Below the pieces are notes generated by a model, which did no database searches, had not been told where the DNA came from, and was given only the letters and a program-made list of their open reading frames with translations. From NCBI GenBank assembly GCA_964437465.1, contig CAYTGI010000006.1:1-44956 (forward strand): a DNA stretch of 44,956 nt, in the 5' to 3' direction. The position numbers were made by a program, and so were the translations under genes. The stretch's first letter is position 1. Every line of letters begins with the position of its first letter. Below are positions 35,339 to 42,099 of this stretch, piece by piece. The stretch is from an uncultured Candidatus Saccharibacteria bacterium. GTDB taxonomy: Bacteria > Patescibacteriota > Dojkabacteria > J137.

Positions 35339-36058
35339 ACTTTATTTTATCAATCTCTTTTGCTGCTCTTATATAGCCATACTCATAAATTTCATCAGCT
35401 TTAGATTGATCTAAGAATACTTTAAACTGTCCTGCCATGTCTTTAAAAATCATATCTTGGGGATCCATTTTTTCATCTTGATCTTGAATGACACTCATCG
35501 AAAGTGTCATAGAGGCTAATATAGATTTGAGAATATTTTTATGATCAGATTCTTCAAACACGGGTTTTTCTGAGTTCGCTTTAAATCCAAAAATAACATC
35601 TGCCCTTTTTCTCTCAGAAAATTCACTCCATAGCCGGAAGAGACATCTCCATCAACATAATAAGTATTATTATATCGAATTGGTTTATATAATTCTGCCA
35701 TGGCCATTGATGAGACTAATGATTCAGTTAAGTCTCCATCTTCTAAGATTACACTTCTTTCTTGCAAAAGATCTGTCTTTTAGGAATTCATTTATGTAAC
35801 CTTTAGTTTTTTCATAGCTTAAAATTGATCTTTCAAATAAAGATTCTATTCCTGCAAAATGTTTGACGCTAAAGCTTTTTGTGAAATCTAGAATTTTGTT
35901 CCTAATGCGTAGGCTGTACCGATCAATGCTCCAGCACTTGAGCCTATGATCATAGAAACTTCAATGTCGTTTTCTTCTAGTGGATCTAGAAAACCAATAT
36001 AAGAAATACATCGAGCTCCACCGCCTCTAAAAGATAGTGCTAATTTTTTCTGATTCAT
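35325..36058 (-). pseudogene. Patatin-like phospholipase pseudogene (at least three frame breaks)
   Basis: GGGAR and GSSAG in the first fragment, YYVDGD in the second; frame-shifted bridging text ILDFTKSFS...FLKDRSF and KGADVIFGF restores a continuous patatin. Confidence 0.85.
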
Positions 36059-36168
36059 GTTATCAGCATTAATAAATGGCCAATTTATGATATAATATAA
36101 AAGTAATAAAAGCACATTAAAAAGAGAATTGGAGTTCCCCGAGCATCTATTAAACCCAATAGGTGCTC

Positions 36169-36609
36169 GGGGGATGCTAAATTCGACAATATATTAAAGG
36201 TTTTAAAGCAAGTCAGGGGATTGATTTGATCCTGCTGCGAACAAAAACAAATCGCCAAATAAATAACAACCCTGTTGTTAATGCTCTAAATAAAGCTGCT
36301 GATGCAGTTGGAAACTTCCTATTCGGAACACCTAACTACAACATCGCTTAATTTTAGGGTGTATGCTGAAAACAAAAAGTAAGCATGCCGTTTATATGAT
36401 TCTTTCCTGATGGATGAATATAAACGCCCAATTAGTCAGGATGCAATTAATATTTTTGATTTATAAATATTAATCAAGACTTTAATAAATCCTAAAAAGC
36501 TCATTTTTGCTTAGTTTTTATTAGCTTTTTAGAAAAATAAACTAAGATAAGCTTGTAACAACTTTATCTCATTTGATTTATTGGACACGGGTATCCGTCA
36601 TCTCCACCA
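36169..36609 (+). ncRNA. ssrA: tmRNA, one-piece, with reduced D-loop and T-arm; predicted tag (A)NNPVVNALNKAADAVGNFLFGTPNYNIA at 36265-36351
   Basis: Acceptor GGGGAUG/CAUCUCC-A-CCA with G3-U70; UUCGAC; helix 2 pairings CAAUA/UAUUG, UAAAGGUU/AACUUUA, GCAAG/CUUGU; pk1 GAUUUG/CAAAUC; tag ends IA-stop. Confidence 0.92.
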
Positions 36610-36610
36610 A

Positions 36611-36641
36611 AAGCCTCTGAAGAAATTCGGAGGTTTTTTTA
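36611..36641 (+). terminator. Intrinsic terminator after ssrA
   Basis: CCUCUGAA-GAAA-UUCGGAGG followed by a U run. Confidence 0.85.
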
Positions 36642-36656
36642 TTTTAATAAATTTCA

Positions 36657-37151
36657 ATGACAGATTTTGAAATTGTTCTCTTTAATCATAACGGTGAGAT
36701 AGCAACTACAGAAGAGCCCATATCGAAAAGGATGGGCATATACAGGGATGAGATTAATCAACCTTCAGAATCATTAAAAGATAAAATACCAATAATCTTC
36801 AAAACTCCTTTTTATACTGTTAAAGGAGTACTAAACACTGAAAATATATTCTGGATATGTTCGAGTGAGGGGAGCCATGAGCGTATAAATCTTGCGGGGA
36901 GTACCATTTATGGAAACAGACCTAAAACATATTCCGCCCAGTTCGAGCTATCAAAACATGTAAATAGAATTGATATTGCGATTTATGCTGATGATTTAGA
37001 AGAAGCATGTAAGGTAGTTAAGTGGCTGCAACATAGCTTTCCAAAGAATCAGAAAGAGGTTGCAACAGTCTCTGTTGGCTCTCCATTCTTAGGGTATGAT
37101 TTAGTCTATGAAGGATCATTATTTAAGTTTTATGCTAAGAAAGAGGCCTAG
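36657..37151 (+). CDS. Hypothetical protein
   Basis: 164-aa ORF filling the gap between the ssrA terminator and the yidC promoter; no motif recognised. Confidence 0.65.
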   Translation: MTDFEIVLFNHNGEIATTEEPISKRMGIYRDEINQPSESLKDKIPIIFKTPFYTVKGVLNTENIFWICSSEGSHERINLAGSTIYGNRPKTYSAQFELSKHVNRIDIAIYADDLEEACKVVKWLQHSFPKNQKEVATVSVGSPFLGYDLVYEGSLFKFYAKKEA

Positions 37152-37180
37152 GTGCAAATTTCTCATATTTAAACTATAAT
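37152..37180 (+). promoter_or_regulatory. Putative sigma70 promoter for yidC-rplY
   Basis: GTGCAA-17 nt-TATAAT. Confidence 0.45.
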
Positions 37181-37200
37181 TCTTCCAGTCACAAACTTTT

Positions 37201-38019
37201 ATGAACATATTCGAAGTACTTTTTTATCAACCCTTATACAACATTGTAATAGCTTTTTATCACCTTCTTGGAGACAATCTAGGCTTAGCTATAATTGCGA
37301 TTGCGATTGTTTCAAGAGTAATTTTAATTCCAGTTACTATGAGACAAGTAAAGATGGCTGAATCAAGTCGTGAATTTAATGAAAAGGCGAAGGAAGTCAG
37401 AGAAAAATATAAAAAGGATAAGGAAAAACAGACTGAAGAACTGTTAAAACTTCAACAACAATATCTCCCTGCACAGCTAGGTGGATGTCTACCATTAATA
37501 CTACAGTTCATAATCTTTATTAATATATACAACATAATCAGAAATCTAATTTCTCAGGGTGCTTCAAGTTTTAATGAGATAGCTTATCCATTTGTTGCTC
37601 CGATTACAGGAGAAGTTGATACTTCATTTTTAGGAGGTGTTTTTGATTTGAAGTTCTCACCTAATAACGTAGAAGGTGATGCTTTACCTTACTTTATCCT
37701 GGTTGTTTTAGTAGGTATAACTCAATATTTCTCACTAAAGATTCTGTCTGGAATAAGAAATAAGCAAAAAGCTAAACAAGAAAAAGAAAAGCCAAAGAAA
37801 AAGAAAAAAGAAAACGAACCGGAGGATTTTGCAGAGATAATGCAAAGATCAACTGGGCAGGCAATGATGATTTTTCCTTTTCTTTTGATGTTCATTTCTT
37901 ACGGATTGCCCGCTGGACTTAGTATTTACTTGATTACTACGTCCTTATTCGTTATACTTCAACAGTCTATTTTCTATAAGATAAAGGAAAGAAGAAAAGA
38001 GGCTAAAGAAAATAATTAA
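37201..38019 (+). CDS. yidC: Membrane protein insertase YidC/Oxa1 (short, Gram-positive-like)
   Basis: LGLAIIAIAIVSRVILIP, GGCLPLILQFIIF, LPAGLSIY. Confidence 0.93.
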   Translation: MNIFEVLFYQPLYNIVIAFYHLLGDNLGLAIIAIAIVSRVILIPVTMRQVKMAESSREFNEKAKEVREKYKKDKEKQTEELLKLQQQYLPAQLGGCLPLILQFIIFINIYNIIRNLISQGASSFNEIAYPFVAPITGEVDTSFLGGVFDLKFSPNNVEGDALPYFILVVLVGITQYFSLKILSGIRNKQKAKQEKEKPKKKKKENEPEDFAEIMQRSTGQAMMIFPFLLMFISYGLPAGLSIYLITTSLFVILQQSIFYKIKERRKEAKENN

Positions 38020-38034
38020 TTTACACAAATTTAT

Positions 38035-38691
38035 ATGAAGCTTAAAGCACAGAAACGAGAACTATTAGGTAAAAAAGTTAAACACCTAAGAGCCGAGGGT
38101 TTAGTTCCTGCTACTATATACGGACCTAAAAGAGAGGCAACAAACATTCAATTTGATGAGAAAACTTTTAAAAAGGTATTTGATAAAGTTGGATACAATA
38201 AATTTATTGAACTTGAAATTGAAGGTGAAAAGCCTACAAGGGTTTTGGTTAAAGAGGTGAATTTCGATCCAATAAAAGACAATATTATGGATATCAGTAT
38301 TTATGATGTTGATGAGGATAGAAAAGTATCTGTAGAGGTACCTATTGAGATAACTGGAGAATCTCCAGCTGTAAAACTAAAGCTAGGATTCTTAGTTCAG
38401 CAAACTACAGCAGTTGCTGTTTATTGTTTACCTAAAGATCTTCCTGGAGAGTTTAAGGTTAGTATAGAGTCAATTGAAACTACAAGTGATACTATATCTC
38501 TTTCTGACTTAGATCTACCAGAAGGTGTTGAATTTGATAGTAGCGTTGATCCAAATTCAGCAATTGTTTATATTGCTACTGATCAAAAAGAAATTGTAGA
38601 GGACGAGATTAAAGATGATGAGGCGGGTGAAGGAGAAGGTGGTGTTGAAGGAGAAAGTACAGAAGGAGAAAAATCCGAAGGTGAAGAATAA
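38035..38691 (+). CDS. rplY: 50S ribosomal protein L25/Ctc (long form)
   Basis: LRAEGLVPATIYG, VKEVNFDPI, VEVPIEITGESPAVK, CLPKDLP; acidic tail. Confidence 0.93.
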   Translation: MKLKAQKRELLGKKVKHLRAEGLVPATIYGPKREATNIQFDEKTFKKVFDKVGYNKFIELEIEGEKPTRVLVKEVNFDPIKDNIMDISIYDVDEDRKVSVEVPIEITGESPAVKLKLGFLVQQTTAVAVYCLPKDLPGEFKVSIESIETTSDTISLSDLDLPEGVEFDSSVDPNSAIVYIATDQKEIVEDEIKDDEAGEGEGGVEGESTEGEKSEGEE

Positions 38692-38712
38692 TATACTTTT
38701 AAGTTAAAGTTT

Positions 38713-38745
38713 GAACCCTGAACAAAATTGTTCGGGGTTCTTTTT
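38713..38745 (+). terminator. Intrinsic terminator after rplY
   Basis: GAACCCUGAACA-AAAU-UGUUCGGGGUUC followed by UUUUU. Confidence 0.85.
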
Positions 38746-38809
38746 ATATTATTGATTTAGTAAACTACAGGGTTTATGTTAGGGATTTTAGTTTTACCCC
38801 AGCTTAAAC

Positions 38810-38838
38810 GTGACAATTGTTTTGGAGGTCACTATAAT
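38810..38838 (+). promoter_or_regulatory. Putative sigma70 promoter, probably giving a leaderless mRNA for the Lon-like gene
   Basis: GTGACA-17 nt-TATAAT; ATG 5 nt after the -10. Confidence 0.55.
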
Positions 38839-38843
38839 GGGTT

Positions 38844-40040
38844 ATGAATCAACAGCAGCTTCAACATCAGTTACAACAACCCCAACAGCCACAACAACAA
38901 GCTGCTCAGACAGGTTTTAATATTGAAGACGAGATTGCTTTGCTTGAAAAGCAAGTTTTAGCTAACCCAATGCCAGAAGATTTAAAGCAAAAGGCTCTAG
39001 GAATGATTTTGAGATTGAAGAAAATGACTGCTGGGGGTAGTTATGGTAAGGAATTTGAGCCGGTTTCTGAGTATATTAGCTGGATTGTAAAGCTTCCCTT
39101 TGGTCAGTATACCAAAGATACTCTAGATTTAGATGCTGCTTATGAAGAATTAAATAGAAACCACTATGGTTTAGAACCTGTAAAACAAAGAATATTAGAG
39201 TATTTGGCTGTTCTGAAGCTTCAGGATCAGAGAAAACAAGAAAATCTAAAAACAGCTCAAAATGCTGCTGATCCATCAGCAGAGATGAAGAAACTACAAG
39301 GAAGCTCTTCTCATGCTCCGATACTTTGTTTTGTAGGCATTCAGGGTGTTGGTAAAACAACTATGGCAAAGTCTATTGCTACAGCATTAGGGAGAGAGTT
39401 TATTAGAGTTTCTCTTGGTGGCTTAGGAAATGTAGTTGAGCTAAGAGGTCGATCTAGAGGAGAGCCCGATGCTGAACCAGGTCAAGTTGTAAAATCTTTA
39501 GTTCGAACACAGGTAATGAATCCACTAATCCTTTTGGATGAAATAGATAAAGTAAATCTTCAAAGTGGATTGAGGGCTGACATTATGGCTGCTTTACTTG
39601 AAATATTAGATCCTGAACAAAACTCTGCATTTATGGATAAATATCTTGATTACCCTCTAAATCTGTCTCAAAGTATTTTTATTACTACTGCTAATAATCT
39701 TGGAGGTATATCCGCAGCACTTTTGGATAGGCTTGAGATTATTAGATTTGGTAGTTATACAGATAAAGATAAAGTGAATATAGCAAAAAGTTATTTATTA
39801 CCAAAGGTAAGAAAGGCGACTGGATTATCAGAAAATGAACTTTCGTTTGATGATAACGTATGGCCATTAGTTATAAGACCTCTTGGTTTTGACGCAGGAG
39901 TCAGGCAGTTAGAGAGAACGCTAACTGATTTAGCTAGAAAAGTAGCCTTACAAATTGTAAAAGGATCCACTAAAGGTGTAAGGATTTCTGAACAAAACTT
40001 TAGAGAGTTTATTCCTGAACAGATCGGGATAATGAGCTAA
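38844..40040 (+). CDS. Lon-type AAA+ ATPase module lacking the N-domain and the protease domain
   Basis: HYGLEPVKQRILEYLAV, ILCFVGIQGVGKT, LLDEIDK, LLEILDPEQN, FITTAN, LLDRLEII, AGVRQLER; ends right after the alpha subdomain; Gln-rich N-terminus. Confidence 0.88.
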   Translation: MNQQQLQHQLQQPQQPQQQAAQTGFNIEDEIALLEKQVLANPMPEDLKQKALGMILRLKKMTAGGSYGKEFEPVSEYISWIVKLPFGQYTKDTLDLDAAYEELNRNHYGLEPVKQRILEYLAVLKLQDQRKQENLKTAQNAADPSAEMKKLQGSSSHAPILCFVGIQGVGKTTMAKSIATALGREFIRVSLGGLGNVVELRGRSRGEPDAEPGQVVKSLVRTQVMNPLILLDEIDKVNLQSGLRADIMAALLEILDPEQNSAFMDKYLDYPLNLSQSIFITTANNLGGISAALLDRLEIIRFGSYTDKDKVNIAKSYLLPKVRKATGLSENELSFDDNVWPLVIRPLGFDAGVRQLERTLTDLARKVALQIVKGSTKGVRISEQNFREFIPEQIGIMS

Positions 40041-40128
40041 TATTTCAAATTCTAAATTACAATATCTAAATTCTAAAAATCTCCAAATACGTTTAGAATT
40101 TGGAGATTTGATATTTAAATTTTGCCTT
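40041..40128. repeat. ORF-less inverted heptamer-repeat element (AATTCTA arm / TAGAATT arm), possible bidirectional terminator
   Basis: tatttca aattcta aattaca atatcta aattcta ... tagaatt tggagat ttgatat ttaaatt; core inverted repeat AAATCTCCAAAT/ATTTGGAGATTT at 40077-40109. Confidence 0.75.
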
Positions 40129-40130
40129 TA

Positions 40131-40712
40131 TTATCCGTTTAGGAAATTCTTGTAATCCTTGTCTTTTTTAATTGCTTGTTCAATTGAGTTTCTTACAATT
40201 TGTGCTTTGTGCATTCTCTTAGTATTAGAAGCCCAATCTAAATATCTATCAATTTCAGGAGAGATAATTAGAATAAATTTTGTATCTAACTTACCTTTTG
40301 CATCTTCCACAGCACTGTTAACTACATCAACTATATTTTTTGAGTCATATTTTATAGTCATTAGGTGTTTAGATTTTGAGCCCTCGATAGGTAAGACATC
40401 TGAAAAGTTATCTTTTCCTTGTTTAAGTGCAATAACTATCTTTTTCTCTGATAGAGCATTAGCTATATCAAAACCAATTTTAGTGTCAGGATTTGTAATG
40501 TCAGCGATTACTATGTCAGTATCTCGCATAGCTTTTTCTAGTTTCTTTTGATATTTTTCAGAAGATTTAGAATCATTTTTCTTTAATGCTTGTCTAAAAT
40601 CTAAATCAGATTTAATGTTGTGTCCTTGTCTTCTTAAATTGTCAATTGCTTTTGAAAAAACTTTGTAATCAGACTCTTTATATTCGTTGTTGTAAATTAC
40701 TAAAATCTTCAT
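40131..40712 (-). CDS. Nucleoside 2-deoxyribosyltransferase-like domain fused to a ribbon-helix-helix DNA-binding domain
   Basis: DIVIADITNPDTKIGFDIANALSEKKIVIAL (NDT-like); KFILIISPEIDRYLDWAS..KRMHKAQIVRNSIE (RHH). Confidence 0.7.
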   Translation of the reverse strand: MKILVIYNNEYKESDYKVFSKAIDNLRRQGHNIKSDLDFRQALKKNDSKSSEKYQKKLEKAMRDTDIVIADITNPDTKIGFDIANALSEKKIVIALKQGKDNFSDVLPIEGSKSKHLMTIKYDSKNIVDVVNSAVEDAKGKLDTKFILIISPEIDRYLDWASNTKRMHKAQIVRNSIEQAIKKDKDYKNFLNG

Positions 40713-40887
40713 TTCTTTGTATTTAAATAAAATGTACTCTATAAATATATATCAATTATATTAATTAATTCTTTATAAAGCAAGTAAATTGTCAGATGTT
40801 TTCGGATAATACAGGATTTTTGTATCATGTCAATGTTTGAATTTACAAAGCTATATACTGTATTCTGTTATAAGTTATAAAATATAT

Positions 40888-42099
40888 GTGTTTAAATTCG
40901 GAAAAAACAAGAAGAAAAAGCAAAATGAAGATTTGACCTATCTAGCTATAGACATTGGTACTGAAAATATAAAAGCAGTATTATTCAAGAAAAAGAAGAA
41001 ATCTATTGAGGTTGTAGGATTTAGTAGAGTGCCTCAAAAACCCTTTTCAATGAATAAAGCTTTAATTATTGATACTGATAGTGTCTTAAATGCACTTGAT
41101 GAGAGTATAGGCATTGCAATAGGCGAGGCTGAGAAAAGGTTTCACGATATAGAACTACCAGATTCGGCTGTAGTTGGAATAGCAGGTGAGCTTGTAAGTG
41201 GAGTGCCTATTGTTGTGAATTTAGATAGAGACGATAAGGATGAACTAATAACTGAGGAGGAAATTAATGAAGTTGTAGAAAAGGTTAAAGATCATTCTTT
41301 TGAGTCAATAAAAGAAGAGATAGCTGAGGAACACGGTATACAGTCTACAGTTTTAGAAGAAATTGATACAGAAGTAGATAGCGTAATGATTGATGGGGTA
41401 AAAGTAAATAACCCTATTGGGCTTTCAGGAAGTTCAATTACATACAGAGTTTTTTCAAGTTTCGCGCCAAAAATTCAAGTTGATTCAATACAATATATTA
41501 TTGATTCATTAAAGCTTGATATTGAAAAGATTGTTGTTGAACCATACTCATTGTCTAACGCTGTAGAAGATGAATCAATAGAGACTGATGGTGGAATATT
41601 TATAGATGTTGGGTCAGGAACAACAGATATCTCGATAGTTAAAAATGGAGATATCCAAGGAATAAAAATTTTTGCAATCGGAGGAAGAGTTTTTACAAAA
41701 AGAATAGAAACATTATTTGATGTTGAATATGGTGAAGCTGAAGAGATGAAAATGAAGTATTCTGCTGGAAGTCTTGATGAATATCAGAAGAAAGAGATTA
41801 AGAAGGGTATAAAACCTGATATAGAATCGTGGTTGTTAGGTATAGAATTAGCTCTAGAAGAATTTGATGAGATAGATTCTTTCCCTAATAAAATATATAT
41901 TTGTGGAGGAGGAGCATTACTTCCAGATATAATGGAAGGCCTAATTGAGTATCCTTGGATTCAAAGATTAAATTTTCAAAAACATCCAAAAGTAAGTTTT
42001 ATTTTCCCTAATAAGATTAAAGATGTTAAGGATCTTACTAGAGAACTTAACGATCCAATGGATGTGACACCTTTAGCATTAACTAGAAGTATTTTATAA
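40888..42099 (+). CDS. ftsA: FtsA-like actin-fold ATPase (probable GTG start 40888; track ORF from 40837)
   Basis: AIDIGT, VVEPY, IDVGSGTTD, AIGGRVFT, AEEMK, ICGGGALL; no C-terminal amphipathic tail. Confidence 0.65.
   Translation: MFKFGKNKKKKQNEDLTYLAIDIGTENIKAVLFKKKKKSIEVVGFSRVPQKPFSMNKALIIDTDSVLNALDESIGIAIGEAEKRFHDIELPDSAVVGIAGELVSGVPIVVNLDRDDKDELITEEEINEVVEKVKDHSFESIKEEIAEEHGIQSTVLEEIDTEVDSVMIDGVKVNNPIGLSGSSITYRVFSSFAPKIQVDSIQYIIDSLKLDIEKIVVEPYSLSNAVEDESIETDGGIFIDVGSGTTDISIVKNGDIQGIKIFAIGGRVFTKRIETLFDVEYGEAEEMKMKYSAGSLDEYQKKEIKKGIKPDIESWLLGIELALEEFDEIDSFPNKIYICGGGALLPDIMEGLIEYPWIQRLNFQKHPKVSFIFPNKIKDVKDLTRELNDPMDVTPLALTRSIL

Noticed and set aside
36137-36609. Two-piece (circularly permuted) tmRNA
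   Set aside because: Acceptor 5' strand, tag region and CCA end occur in the standard order.
36600-37200. Integrated element at the ssrA 3' end explaining the short T-arm
   Set aside because: No integrase and no displaced duplicate of the ssrA 3' end in the window; the matching D-loop loss at the 5' end is not explained by integration. A partner att site outside the window cannot be excluded.
38824-38920. GGAGG plus ATG 38837 opening a 27-aa Thr-rich ORF overlapping the Lon-like start
   Set aside because: Lies across the predicted -10 element, and is the shifted reading of the CAA/CAG Gln tract; SD use appears rare here.
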